A stretch of DNA of 64,000 bases from Spironucleus salmonicida (Eukaryota): positions 1,116,001 to 1,180,000 of the forward strand of contig NC_090596.1 in assembly GCF_000497125.1 (NCBI RefSeq). The letters run 5' to 3'. The notes below the pieces were generated by a model. The model was given only the letters and a program-made list of their open reading frames with translations, did no database searches and had not been told where the DNA came from. Positions 1-13,085 of the stretch are shown here, in pieces (positions within the stretch are counted from its first letter, which is position 1; every line of letters begins with the position of its first letter). Both the position numbers and the translations under genes were made by a program.

Positions 1-329
1 TCATAGGTAGCGTCATTCGGTAGTGAGAAGTCTGGAGATGTGATCTCATCAATAGGCTGTTCTTCAAGGGTTGTCTAGATTTCAATTTTCTAGTTTTCGG
101 CTTCTTATAAATTTTAGACTTAGATGCATCTTTAAAGAGCAAATGTACGAGATACAATATCTATTGAGTATCTACCTAGGAGATATCCTAAAAATGTTAT
201 TATAGTGATTAAAATCAAAGATACTACTATTGATGCTCTCGCTACAGTTTATGGGAGGTTAAGAATACCAACACCTATTGTGAAATTGATTAAAACAGCA
301 GATGCCGTGAATGCCTTATAATTAGGCAT
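1..329 (-). CDS. Amino acid transporter (AAAP/Aa_trans family), N-terminal part; continues beyond the window start
   Basis: With TAR=Gln: MPNYKAFTASAVLINFTIGVGILNLPQTVARASIVVSLILITIITFLGYLLG...; N-x-x-IGVGILNLP matches the TM1 motif of AAAP permeases, followed by a hydrophobic helix. Confidence 0.8.
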
Positions 330-562
330 TTTGGTTTAATATAATTTACTATATATAAGTATACTCAATTGGTTAGTATTACATAATAGCTCCCTAAGCT
401 AATGGTATAAAAAGTATATAAGCAATAATTTATAGTATATGTGGTTTAATTTGTAAAAATAATACTTCTTTGATTATTTATAATGTAATATTAATTGTGG
501 TTTACAAAGTATAGTTAATGTAAATTATAGGTTATTATGGATGATATAAAAATAAAATTGGT

Positions 563-1417
563 TCATTATCTCCTATATACATTCAAATCCCCACCATCTC
601 TTTTACCACCTAAACATACAGGCTTTTCTCCATCTCTTTTTTACTTAAAACCGTGAGCAATACTTAAATCAGTATCTAAATTTCTAGTAACTTTAACAGT
701 TAAGTCAAAATTAGGAAGTTATGTACCATAACCAGTACTAAGAACATTTTTAGCTCTATCCCCCTTATCTATAATTACACCAGCTGCCGACATTTCTTAT
801 TTGTCTAAGGGAATCTCTTCACTGAATGTTTTAATAAGATGTCTTTTAATTGTTTCAGGAACTATTTCACCACGATTTTTAATTACATATCCTTTGTCAA
901 GATAGACCCCTGAAAGTTATTCTGATGCAGTATCGCCTGCTAGCTTTTTTGTACTAATACCACAAACTTTGGTGAGATCCGCATCATAATTACGTTTGAC
1001 AGACTCTCCAATATCAGCATACTCAGAATGAAGAGTATGCAATAAAGGGTGCTTGTGACAAGGGTCTGGTGCTGGATTCTTAAATAAAAGAGCAACCTCA
1101 CAAGGACGATATGGTGGCATATCGGGTGCACATTCAGGATGCTGAGTCAAATCATAGTATTCTGAATTTGGATTATCTGAAGTAGGATCGCGCTTATTCG
1201 CAATTTCTTTATACGTAAATTCACGCTCTGGGATCCATGGTGTATCTCTTTCTGGTTTAAGTCCATGACGGAACTATGGATCTTCTGGGTTGTGAGGTAG
1301 TGAGAATTTTGGCTTGGGGTTATTATAACTTGGATTGTTGGACCAGTCTTCAGCATCCTTAACTTTCTGCGAAGAACGGAACTTTAATGCTACAGCACGA
1401 CGTTCTGCAGCGTTCAT
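563..1417 (-). CDS. Hypothetical protein, 284 aa
   Basis: ATG at 1417 to TGA at 563 is open when TAA/TAG are read as Gln (MNAAERRAVALKFRSSQKV...); contains track ORF 917..1150. Confidence 0.75.
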
Positions 1418-1538
1418 AATTTGCGGAAATGTATATAACTATATTAAATATATATTTATTAATAATATTAATAAATTAATATATAATTTATATGTTTTAT
1501 GTATAAAATCTAGTTTTAGGCGCACTCCATTATTAATA

Positions 1539-1700
1539 ATGCCTATCAAATTTGAAGATGTAGTTCATGTTGACCCTTTGAGCAGAACCCAGAGAAAGCA
1601 AATTACAGCAAAAACTGCTTGCTAAGAAGTTGAGAAAAAAGTACAGTAAACTAAACCTCATTTTTATGAAGACGAGAACGCATTCAAGAGAAAGGTCTGA
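1539..1700 (+). CDS. Small hypothetical protein, 53 aa
   Basis: MPIKFEDVVHVDPLSRTQRKQITAKTACQEVEKKVQQTKPHFYEDENAFKRKV*; C-rich CACTCC upstream, AT-rich flanks. Confidence 0.55.
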
Positions 1701-1857
1701 TTTTATTATTTTTTTGTATCAAAAACCACGATATTGGTGTTAAAATGAACATCTATTATCAATATTTTACTAACTCACCTTAATTCCTATCCATAAATAA
1801 TTTCAATAATTAATTATAATTATTATATAATTTTATTAGTTTGTTCCACTTCAGATT

Positions 1858-2220
1858 ATGGAGGATTCATATCAAAAAGAACTGGACAGCTTGTCAATAG
1901 AAATGAAATAGTAGCTTATTAAACTAGAGGAACTAACATCTGAATATCTTAACCTTAAATCTTCCTCATTTAGATAATTCTTAAAGAACGAGATTGTTCG
2001 TTTATCTGAAAAGCACTTAATGTCAGCAAAGTATGCCGTCACAATCGAAAGATCTGCTGCTAATTTCTATGAGTTTTCGCATAAAAGGTCTAATCCAGTC
2101 ATCGATACTGCATATCAGAGGTTGCAGCAAAGCCACTTATTAAAAGCAATAGATGCTGAAAATTATAGAAGCAAAATCTAAATAGTAGTAGAGGGCAAAA
2201 TATTTGAAGCATGGGTGTGA
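1858..2220 (+). CDS. Hypothetical protein, 120 aa
   Basis: MEDSYQKELDSLSIEMKQQLIKLEEL...IFEAWV*; open with TAR=Gln. Confidence 0.6.
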
Positions 2221-2557
2221 TGGTATCTTATTATAATATATAATACAAAGGACTTGAAAAATTCTACAATCATAAATTAAAACATAAATTTAATGTGCAA
2301 ATAATAATATTAATTACTAGTAATGCGTTAATTATCAACTACTAACATTGTCTTTTATTCATAATAGTTATAAAAGATGATAAATTAGGCGTTATTTGTT
2401 GAACAGGTAAAATGAATAATAACTTTTCAATATAAAATATTATATTTCTAAAAGAACTATACTAAGAATCAGATGATAAATATCGTTTTACAGCATTATA
2501 TAAACTTTGCAAGCAAAATTCTGATTTTTGCTAAGCGAAATACAATTTTAAACCCCA

Positions 2558-3160
2558 TCACTCATTTTTCTTAATATCAGTTCTCTCTTCTAATTAAACC
2601 TTATTAATGAAGCAATCTTTCAGGTCAACTTTAACACCCTAATTTTACATTTCGCGCTCTTATTTGAAGTATTCTTCATGCCTTCTTTAGCGATCTTCAA
2701 AAGTTTCTACATGCACGTCTTGCTTTTTAGTTCCAAAATATCTTGCATAGAAGTAGAAACATGGACCAAAAATTAAAGCTACAGTGCAGCCAATTCCTGC
2801 ACTTAACTAGACTTGATTATATTCAATAGACTTATCAGCAAATCGCTCAAAAAAGTTTTTGGGGCTAGCTAAATATATTTAAAGTGATCCCTCAAAAATT
2901 TTATCATTGAAGCTGAGTTCTGTTATATTTTTATGAACATATAAAAGAACTTTTGGAAATACTGAGATATTTTATCTGGCACAGAAAAGGTCATAGAAAG
3001 CGCAATTTATAGAGAGAAACGGGAGGGGAGATTTCTAATAAAATTGTTTTAAAATATGCTCTGAAAGATTTTCATTATGGTAAATTACTAATTTTGATGG
3101 ATATGCAGAAAAATCTTTTGGGTTAAATTCGATTAGCTATGATAACATTAATGTTAACAT
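2558..3160 (-). CDS. Single-pass membrane protein with a probable degenerate thioredoxin-like domain, 200 aa
   Basis: Short hydrophobic N-terminus; INCAFYDLFCARQNISVFPKVLLY resembles the PDI vdC..lC...I..fP segment; TM segment AGIGCTVALIFGPCFYFY; stop in AGTGA. Confidence 0.6.
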
Positions 3161-3218
3161 TTTTAGGAGTAGAAATAATAATTAGTTTTATATAATTTTA
3201 TGTGCATCGTTTTAAAAA

Positions 3219-4361
3219 ATGCAAAATTCGATTTATATGGAGAACTTACCTTTAAATCATTAAATGGAAATTTAAAGAACGCTAACAATGCATGAAAGTA
3301 ATTTTAATACTCTTGTAAATTAACATGATAATCTTATTAAATTTAATAAAACGCAAAAAACATTTGATACAAATTTTGGAAAATAAAATTTTGTGCCAGG
3401 GCTATAATACACTGAATTTAAACCACAGAATGATATTTCTGATCACATAAAAATAAATTTGCCTTTTAATCCTCCACAATTGTAGCAATAATAGTTTAAT
3501 CCAGAAAAGTTAACTTAACAAATTATCGCACAGACATAATCTAAATAACAAATGAACCAATCAGATATAATTAATAACTATGTGATGAATCCAAATTTGG
3601 ATTAAAAAGTTGAACAGGTTATAACAAACTTTGAAGTAAAGTAAAATTAGATCAATGTCTAAGAATAATAGCTTATTTAATAAATTATGAAACAGTAACA
3701 TCCGGGATCATTACCATAGTTTTAGAGCCGAAAAGATATACTTACAATTGAACGATAGTATCCAAATAGTGACTCATAAAGACAAGATACTGTTCACTAT
3801 AACGATTTGATAGTTAATAAGTAACATTCAAATAATTTTAATGAGATTAATGTGAAAAGGAACATGAGGCCATAAAAATCAACAGATATTCATCTTTCAT
3901 AGCCTTAGCAGAAAAATGATGAATATGAGCATCTTTTATTAATTGAATAATAAAAAACCTAAATTGATCAACATATTTTATAAATTAATTAATTATCTGA
4001 AAAATTTTTAATGGTGACATAAGATAACAAGACGCTTTAAAAATAGCTTAAACAGATATTAAAATAATACTAAATTATTGAATCTACTGTAAAATAATCT
4101 ACTTAGGAAAAGATAAATCTAAATTTATAGATAGAGTCAAAAGAGCAAGCTATAAAATAACTTTAATTTGAGAATTAGGAGTTGACTAAAAAAATAAACA
4201 ATACACCATTACCAATATATAAAGTTAATGTAGATAAAGCCTTAGAACATTTATCATTTGATGATGATAAAGAAAATTTAGGAAGAGTGTTAGATAGCTT
4301 GTAGTAGGATAAAAGAAAACTCCTTGATAGTATTAGGTAAAGAGTAAAAATAGGTGATTGA
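3219..4361 (+). CDS. Q/N-rich coiled-coil hypothetical protein, 380 aa
   Basis: Long frame with no TGA seen, many in-frame TAR, heptad-like C-terminus. Confidence 0.65.
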
Positions 4362-4666
4362 ATTTTATATTTTATATATTATCTGTTATTGTAGGAAATA
4401 GTAAATTTAATTTGTTACAAATTTAAACATTAGATAATTGTATGCTTTATATTCATTTAACTCAATAAACTGTTAAAAGATAGCCAATTTTAAATTAGTG
4501 TTAATTGGTAGGATTATGGATAAACCTTTAAATTAAAACTTTAAATTACTATTTTATTATTAGAAGTATGTAATATTTAGTATATTCATGATATTGAATT
4601 TTTAATAATCTAATTAAAATATATTTATTTATAATTTTGGATTATTGCTATTGTACTTTTCCTAAA

Positions 4667-4918
4667 ATGAAAAACCAAAAATCTACGATTTCACTGAGAT
4701 ATGTTAGTAACCTTAGAGCTTAACATATTTAGGGTCATACCAATAAAGATGAAATAACTGAAATATATCATGATTTATAGTTTGTACGAAAATAATCACC
4801 CAAAAGAGAGTTATCTTTTATAAAAAGGGTTCCATCGATATTACAAAAGTCAAAAATGAATGAAGATGAACTATAGTTAATAACTAGAATGGAATTTCCA
4901 CCCAGTCTATTTGACTGA
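4667..4918 (+). CDS. Small hypothetical protein, 83 aa
   Basis: MKNQKSTISLRYVSNLRAQ...MEFPPSLFD*. Confidence 0.45.
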
Positions 4919-4973
4919 TAATACTTATCCGCTAAATGACCTATTACGAATTTTCACTAAATATGTTGAAATA

Positions 4974-5219
4974 TCATAGATTTTATTTCTCAGTTTGTAT
5001 AGTATATATAAGAAAGTTATTTTCGGAGTCAGATTCCTACTCATCACCGTTGAATAAGGTTTTAATTCCAAAATTTGCTAAACTTTCATCTGATTCTACA
5101 AAAGAAAAATTATGGAATTGCATCATGGATATTTAGTTACAATGCTCTAATAGAGGCGAACTTTACTACTAAAGTTTTTTCTTAGATAAGCGATTAATAC
5201 CTTTTTTAATTGGTTTCAT
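4974..5219 (-). CDS. Small hypothetical protein, 81 aa
   Basis: MKPIKKGINRLSKKKLQQQSSPLL...; basic N-terminus and acidic C-terminus. Confidence 0.4.
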
Positions 5220-5586
5220 TTTAAAAAATAAGAAATAATGATATACTAAATTATTAGGTGTTCAGATATACTGAAAGACGAAACCTAATAATACTAATAT
5301 TATACATTTTAAATTTATTATAATATTTAATGATTGAATTATCTACTCAATAAAAATATTGAACGATTAATGTGAATGTCTAATTTAATTATTATTATAT
5401 TTTAAAATTACAATACATTTTGATTATAAGTTAACATAGGTCTAGAAAAATATACGCATTCTACTATTGTAAATACTTTGATTATTTTAAATAATAATAA
5501 TAATAATTGTATTGCAGATAATATAAAGTTTTTCTGTAAAATATTATTAAAAAAACTATAAAAAACTATCCATTAAATATAAATGA

Positions 5587-6210
5587 TCACGCACTCTTAA
5601 TACCCTATGATTTGAGAACAGCATTCTTATAACATTTGTTAACTATATACCAAGTAATGCCAATGGCATGGAGAACAAAAATTATGACTAGTATTGTCAC
5701 AGCTACTATTTCTGATTATTTTCTAGCTGCTTTTGTACCTTTTTCTTAAACACATTCAACACCAGTTAGTGCTACAACCTCAATAAAACCAGGGATACAT
5801 TTACAAACGTTCTATTTTACTATCATATTTCTATGACAAGTTTCACATTTATCTTCATCTGTTAAAAATCTATTAGTCAATAATCCAGATTCAGAGCATT
5901 TATTAATACAACTTTAATTATTTGATGTTGACAATTCATAATTTTCACATTATTTGCATTTTTCATTACCTGCAGATGGTTTAAACATATCCTTTTTACA
6001 TTTAGCACATTTTATAGGACTTTCCTATATCATCTCAGCTCCTGCAACACAAGCACAAATATTACCTATACGAGTATACTACAATAAAGGAAAAGTTGGA
6101 CACGCCACGCACTTCTACTTTTCTATATCATATATTTAGACAACTATTCCAGCACATTTGTGAACACATTTATTATTGCTATTCAGGTTCTCGTATGTTT
6201 CGCATGTCAT
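5587..6210 (-). CDS. Cysteine-rich membrane protein (CRMP/VSP-like), 207 aa
   Basis: Multiple CxxC (CVAC, CAKC, CKQC, CETC) and CxC motifs, C-terminal TM IVAVTILVIIFVLHAIGITWYIV, short basic tail. Confidence 0.85.
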
Positions 6211-6415
6211 TTTTAACTAAATTATTTATCTTGATTTGCTAAATTATTATATTTTATATATTTTTGTTTTTTCGTACAAAATTACTTGAATCTGTATTGT
6301 TAAAATAATATTAATAATATAATAATCTATATTATTAGTTTTTATTACTTTCAGTTATTTACATTATTATTTCATAATAATGATCCAATATATAATTTTT
6401 CAAAATTGTTCCAAA

Positions 6416-6964
6416 ATGTCATTTTACGAAACCCACTTCGGGAACTCTGCAATCTTGCATCCAAACACACGAGGTGCGCAGACTCCAATGGGAGCATTTT
6501 AATCGTCTCTTTTAAGCGACCGTAGCTCTTCAATTTTCGTTCCAAATACTCATAAGGCTCCATTTTACGCTAGCTTTATCTAACACAGTGACTTTAAATT
6601 CCCTGTTAGGAACTAAGTTTTCGAGGCATAGTCTGAAGACTTACACTCATAGATTCTATGTCTTTCTAAAAAATTATATACGAACTAAGAAAGGTTACAT
6701 ACCGCAGAAGCTGAAATCGATGCTTTAAAGCGAGAGATTGGTACGAAAAATGATGTAATTGAGGAACTACGAATTACAATTAATGAGATTGAGCATATTT
6801 TCATCCTGATGAATTCGGAAAAAACGGATAAAATATGCTAAACACGGTCTATGCCTTAAAAAGAATAAGAATTGGATAGAATTTAATCTAAAGTAAGCTT
6901 TGAAATCCCACTAGATGCCAGCGATTCGGATAATTAAGATTATTTGAAAAATTCAGTTATGTGA
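6416..6964 (+). CDS. Hypothetical coiled-coil protein, 182 aa
   Basis: MSFYETHFGNSAILHPNTRG...AEAEIDALKREIGTKNDVIEELRITINE...; open with TAR=Gln. Confidence 0.65.
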
Positions 6965-7022
6965 AAATTATTTATCACATATTATATTATAATATATACT
7001 AATTCCCTTTCACCTAAGTATA

Positions 7023-7685
7023 ATGTCAGATGACTATCTAGCCTATCTAGCAGATATTCAGCAGGGAATCAACGCAGTTTCAGCTTTTAAAACACAAATA
7101 GAGCGTGCAAAGCATTCAGAGTAGCGTAATGTGCTTATAGAATCAGCTGAAGCACAAATAGAGCAAACGAACGCTGATATTCAGCTCGCAGAAATCGAGG
7201 CGACGATGATTAGACAGGCAGAAATTCGAGTTGAGGCCAAGAGTACTCTCAAAAAGGCGCACGGAGACCTGAAAATCCTGAAATCGCAAATTGAGACCAT
7301 CCAGAGAAACGTCCAGGAAGCAGAACACCAAGATGAGGAGGAGACCCGGTAGACTACAGATTTGCAGAAGGTGTAGATTGCGTCAGTTTTGCTCGAGGAT
7401 GGAAACTTGAATATGGACACCGGGCTCAATAACCTAGACCAGGTCATCACGATTAATAACTAGATTACTGACACTCTTCAGCTAGATTTGTAGAAGTTAG
7501 ATCGGATCAGCGACGAAATTAACGGCATGTAAAGTGATATGATGATGGCCCGAAAACAGCTGAGAAAGCTTTTTAAACGTGTTACCAACAATAAATGCTA
7601 CATGGCGTTGCTTCTGCTTGTGGTTCTCGGGATCTTTATTTTGACAATTTGGGACCTGTCAAAGACGGTTAGCGGGAAAAAGTGA
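7023..7685 (+). CDS. SNARE protein, Qb-type (Vti1/NPSN-like), 220 aa
   Basis: Helical N-terminal bundle, SNARE heptads (ITDTLQLDLQKLDRISDEINGMQSDMMMARKQLRKLFKR) and a C-terminal TM anchor YMALLLLVVLGIFILTIW. Confidence 0.85.
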
Positions 7686-8715
7686 AAATATTTAATATTA
7701 TATGATATTGCGTAAGATATTAATCCAGAAAAGAATAAATTTTACACATGTTCTAGTTTCTAGAAATTTGGATAAAAAAATATAGATATGCTGATTACGA
7801 TGATTTCGGGATTTTTGTGTGATAAGTCTGGGAGCGTTTTAGTAGAAACGAAAATTCTAAAAGAGAGAAAATTAAGTCGGTAGAAATATTAAAATCATTT
7901 ATAACTATATAGAATCTTTATAGTAAATTGTAAAAACTATCTTATTTTCAATACATTTTACTGCTTATTTAGCATCTATTTATGATAATTTAAAGCTTTC
8001 CATAAATATTATCTATTATTAACCTTATTCTGCCTATGGTCAAACTACAAATTTAGTAAACATGTACTGTTTTATGTATTATATTTATAAGCATTAATGG
8101 TATGATTATATCAATTTACCAAATTTTGGTATTCTATAAACTAATAATTTTAGGCAAAAATTTGTAATACTAATTCCTATGTTTACAGTGATTTAAAGAT
8201 ATATCATCTAAATATAGAATTTAATAATAATAATAATAACATATATCAAAATTGGAGAATATGCAAACAAAACTCAAATTACTCAAATCAAATGTCGTAA
8301 AAATTAAAGTTCATGACAAAAATGGATTCAATATCAACTGATTCTGAGCATTCATAGTTTTCCATGTACTGGCATTCGCTTATAATGGAGTCTCGAATTT
8401 TAGGTAGGACACGGTACATTCGAAGGAGGTGAAATTGTATCATAAAAATTACTCACACTTTTACTATTAATACATACTTACTACAATATTAAAAATTTCG
8501 CGTAGCAAATTTGTAAGTTAGTCCTCAATACTAAATTTCACGTCATTTGAGAAAATATATGTTGACGTAAGAATTTAGTATATTCGATTTTAATTAAATA
8601 ATATAGTTATGTATATGTTATTAATTTACACAATGCTATATATAAATAGTACTAGCGTAGATAAAATAATAAATTAATATATTTATATACTATTAATATA
8701 TAATTCTAAAAATTA

Positions 8716-9909
8716 ATGGAATTGCTAAAATCATAATACACTCTTCCATCAAAAATATCGTAAATTGATAAGATACAAACAACTTAAATTAAAATATTTA
8801 ATATTAATAATATTGTTTTTTCAGCTAACTTCATAACTATTTCTCTTCTACTATAGTAAGCATACTTAGTTTCAGAAAAAACTGCGGACGCATTTGCAAT
8901 TGTTTTCAGTTATTAAGTTCTTACTTAAAATTTTATAAATTATATAGCTTATATTAATGTGGATCAGTATAAAATTTATTCTCTTTTAAAATGTTTCACT
9001 TTAATCGTTGTTGCTCAGTTATTGATGTATATTTTATTTTTATCAAGTATCAATTGGATAATTACATCTGATAGCTTGTAATTATTCAGTTATTAAATTT
9101 ATGTTAATTTATTCTACGTTTTTCTGTATGGTATTTTCTTTAGCGGAATACGATTAATATCTGCGGTGGGTGTTAATATCCCTATATCAAGATTAGATAT
9201 TTATAGCAATCTCATATTTATTGTAATTGTTGGAAGTTTTAAAATTTCTTACTTATCATTTCAACTATTTTTTGCAGCATAAGCCATTGTTATGGGATTT
9301 GTGTTATTAGTGTTCATATTTTAAATTAAAACAATATTTTTAAAAGAAACTTAAAGTACTGTAGTATATAGACATAACAAATATTTACTTCTTTAACATT
9401 ATGTTAGAGGGGTAATTTGGAATATTTTAGAAGTGTATTACATTATTTTATATATGCTTTTTTCTATACCAGGAAATGATAGCATACATGTTCAGATTAT
9501 TGGTTATTCTGCTTTTTTTACTATTTTCTACTAGCGTTACAATAATATTTCAGCATTTATAGATTTTTTTCCATTCGCATTTCTTAATTCATGCCTATCA
9601 TCTTTATCAACCATTATTTCTAATGTGAATGTACCTGAAGCTGTATAGTTAAAAATATTTTATTTATCATTCTTAGTATAAATTTTATAATTTTTAAATT
9701 ACTACTTTAGATCTAAATTTTATCCTGTCGTTCAAATATATATTATAATCGCTGTTGTAATAGATAGGCTTGCCCATCCGTATGATAAGTTTTCAACAGA
9801 TACGCTTATGGTGTTATTAGCATGTGCTTTTTGCTCTAATTTTATTCTTTGGGCTGCATTATTAATAAAATAGAGAAAGGACTTGCGAAAGAACTAAATG
9901 CTCAAGTGA
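8716..9909 (+). CDS. Multi-pass transmembrane protein, possible transporter, 397 aa
   Basis: Open frame rich in I/L/F/V segments throughout; stop in AGTGA. Confidence 0.7.
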
Positions 9910-9918
9910 AATATTTTC

Positions 9919-10263
9919 TCACTCTGAATAATCACCTGCTTTATCTAAAATTTAAATCATTACCTAATCTAGATGAGATGATGACTATTAAAATTATCCT
10001 TTGCTTAGTCTATCGGTAATATGTAGACGAATCATATTTTCATCGTATTCATCTTCAATTTCGCTACGATCTGTACTTTAAGTTAACTGATAGATACATT
10101 AAGGAATTGACGATGCACTATTTATTAATTGTAAATTATTGACTAATTATTTAGTAGGCATAATAATTAACGATGATTGCTTCTACTTTGATTGACATTT
10201 ATGTTCTTGTGATTATAAGAATGAATCTGCCTGTAAAATAGCTTATGAAACTCTGATTCCCAT
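9919..10263 (-). CDS. Hypothetical protein, 114 aa
   Basis: MGIRVSQAILQADSFLQSQEHK...DKAGDYSE*; stop in AGTGA, convergent with the previous gene. Confidence 0.5.
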
Positions 10264-10648
10264 TTTTAATTTAATTTTACATAATAATAAATGATACTTA
10301 TATTTTTGATATAATAAAATATTATGAGTATGTGTAGGTTGAGTACAATGTTACTATAATAACTATATATGGTTTACTTAATTTTTTGATTAATATTTAA
10401 GTCTGTTATAGTATTTGTAAAAACACGTAAAAGTTACATAAGTTTTGTAAATTAGATCATTTAACTACATTTTTCTAGTTACTCATAGTCTTCAAATATT
10501 AATTTGCTTTTGTAAGTAAATCAGTTATCCTGAACTATCAACGATAGTTATAGTATATTTGTATTAGTAAATTTTTACTATGTAACATATTATTATATAA
10601 AGAAAAATAATATTAAAATCAAGTCCTCTACATTATACCTTCCACTCA

Positions 10649-10981
10649 ATGTTGATACTCGCACTCTAAGCAGTTCAGGACCTCTCCACTACCTTTGACG
10701 AACATATCGCTACAGGCAAGCCCACCCTAGTTAAATTTTTCGCCCCATGGTGCGGACACTGCAAGAGCCTCGCCCCTAAGTTTGAGGAGCTCTCCACCAT
10801 TACCGACAAGGTTGTCATCGCAGAAGTTGACTGCACCCAGGCAACAGAAGTATGCCAAGCACAGGAGGTCCGCGGCTACCCCACACTCAAGTTCTTCAAC
10901 AACGGCCAGTACGTCGAAAACTACAAGGGCGCCAGAGAGGCCGAGGCGATCAAGGACTGGCTGCACGAGAGAGTTCAGTGA
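10649..10981 (+). CDS. PDI: Protein disulfide isomerase, single thioredoxin domain, 110 aa
   Basis: LVKFFAPWCGHCKSLAPKFEEL...AEVDCT...VRGYPTLKFF; one in-frame TAA (Gln) in the short signal peptide MLILALQA. Confidence 0.95.
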
Positions 10982-12199
10982 AACTTTTCCAACACTGCCT
11001 CTGCTCACAGGACGGCGCTGTCTTCTGTCTGCGACAACATTTAGCACACGCCACGCGCCTCCATCCGGAGCAGCTGGAAGTTGCTGGCCAGGATCTGGGC
11101 GTTATCCTCCAAAATAGTCACGAAGAGGAGCATTTTTTCTACCTTGCGCTGCTGCTTCCGTCCAAGGTGGATTGAGCTCCTGATGCACGACGTCAGCACG
11201 ACCTGCGGGTTCGAACAGCTAATATTGTCTTCTGTGAATCCACAAGTACTGTAAACTACCAGAAAAGGAAGCTGTAATTCCCAAATAAATAATATCGGCC
11301 CAATGAAGGACAAACTACCTATTTATTACGCCAAATTTCTCAATATTCAACATTCTCACGCTTCCTGCACCCTTGAAAAAGATTCCTTCGAAATCGCATT
11401 TTACTGCTATAAATAACCAGTGAAATAGAGCGATTGACAAGAAATTTGCTCACTAAGAAGATACTGGAGATGAGTACCTCTATTTTGAACATCACGCTAC
11501 GTCCTCCTGAACTGCCAGCATCATGATATCCTGTCAGTGTCGCCCCGAGGCTTATATCAGCTACGCCAAACACTGCAGAATTCGATCTATTTCCGCTCCA
11601 TATTTTGATTAGCATATCCCTTGAAGTGATCCAACATCCCAACCCTCAAAATATAAATTTTAACGCCATAATTCGGTCAAAATCCTAGCAATTTGGCCTC
11701 TCGACGACACAGAATGGAACTCTCAGCTGGACGCGACTATTTTATCAAATGCTTTAAAAAAACACCTTTTTGGAATTAGATTCGAATTGAGGGAGTGGAA
11801 AATCAAAATCAAATTGGAATTTTTCCCAAAAATTTGGCGTTTTCTTGAGCGAAAAGAAATTTTGGAGCCGACGCGAAAATTCAAATTTGCATGAAATAGT
11901 AAAATTTTAGCTCAAAATTTGCCAGGATATGTCTAGCGCCAAATAATAATTTTTGAGAGATTTTAGTCCAGGCAGGCAAGTTGCGTAACGTAAAACACCA
12001 TTTGAGCGTTAAAAATGAGATTATTTTAATGCGATTTCGTTTGTTGCTGGATATGATATAATAATGACATTGTTGAGAAAATTTTAGGGTGAAAAAATTT
12101 GGTCGAATAAAGCTTAATCCCGTTCTAGAATCGTAAGGTTCGTAATTGTGGTATATGTTATGGGATCTGAACTTCAAGATAAAGCTGCGAATCTTTAAA

Positions 12200-12586
12200 A
12201 TGAAAGTTAAGTAGTTGATCACTAATCTTTCGTATTTGTTGGGTAATTAGCTCGAAATTGCGTCTGGTTAGATGTTAAATTTGTTAACAACACTTCTTAC
12301 CGACTATGATATATTTCCAGAATTATTGCTAAGAGCATACTTTCTGCTTTAAAATGTCAAAATATAAAATATTGACACGTTTATTACCTTAGTTTTCATA
12401 TAGGCGAAACTAGAGGACGATTTATACGTTAATCTAAAACACTATATTTACATTATTAACATAGCAGAACTAGAAAAACTCGAAATTGAAATTTGTTAAT
12501 AGCTAGACTGGAAGGTCATTATTTTATAGGATCAATTTTGGGATTTATATAAAGTATTTAAATTAAAATGCACTGTCTAGTCTTGA
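12200..12586 (+). CDS. Cyclin-like protein (PHO80/cyclin P-U type), 128 aa; possible earlier ATG at 12155
   Basis: ITLVFIQAKLEDDLYVNLKHY and ELEKLEIEICQQLDWKV resemble the K..dD.y and lE..fL..ldw motifs of the PHO80 cyclin box. Confidence 0.7.
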
Positions 12587-13085
12587 GACTGTAATATATT
12601 AATTGAATTAAATTTTGGCTCTATTGACATCGGAAATAGTTATATTGACAGTTTTAAAAGCTTATAATTAACTATTAATAATAGTGTATGTGGTATTTCG
12701 ATAAAATGGCTAAAACTAGCTTAACAATGAATTAACACATATCAATTGTAATTTTGTCAATAATTTGACTTGCATTATTTAAATGAACATTGTTATTTAA
12801 TTATTATTCATTAAATAGGCTAATTTAGTCATTAGCACTGTACTAAATATATAACGCTCAGCCAAGTGATCTATATTTTACCCATTTTATAATAACTACA
12901 ATAAAAGCAAGTTACACTGCATTAAAATTCTTATAAACCACCAAAATGTATTGTACTCCCAATTGACAAATCTATGAATCCTGCTTGCCTCAATGCCAGC
13001 ATTCTCCAGAAAGCGCATCAGTTCGTTTTTCTGTATTCTAATATGCCTATTATATATGAATAACAGCAAATCACTCCATTTAAGA

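Noticed and set aside
10646-11353. Antisense code-6 ORF fully overlapping PDI
   Set aside because: In-register antisense frames are commonly open in GC3-rich genes when only one stop codon exists; no recognisable motif
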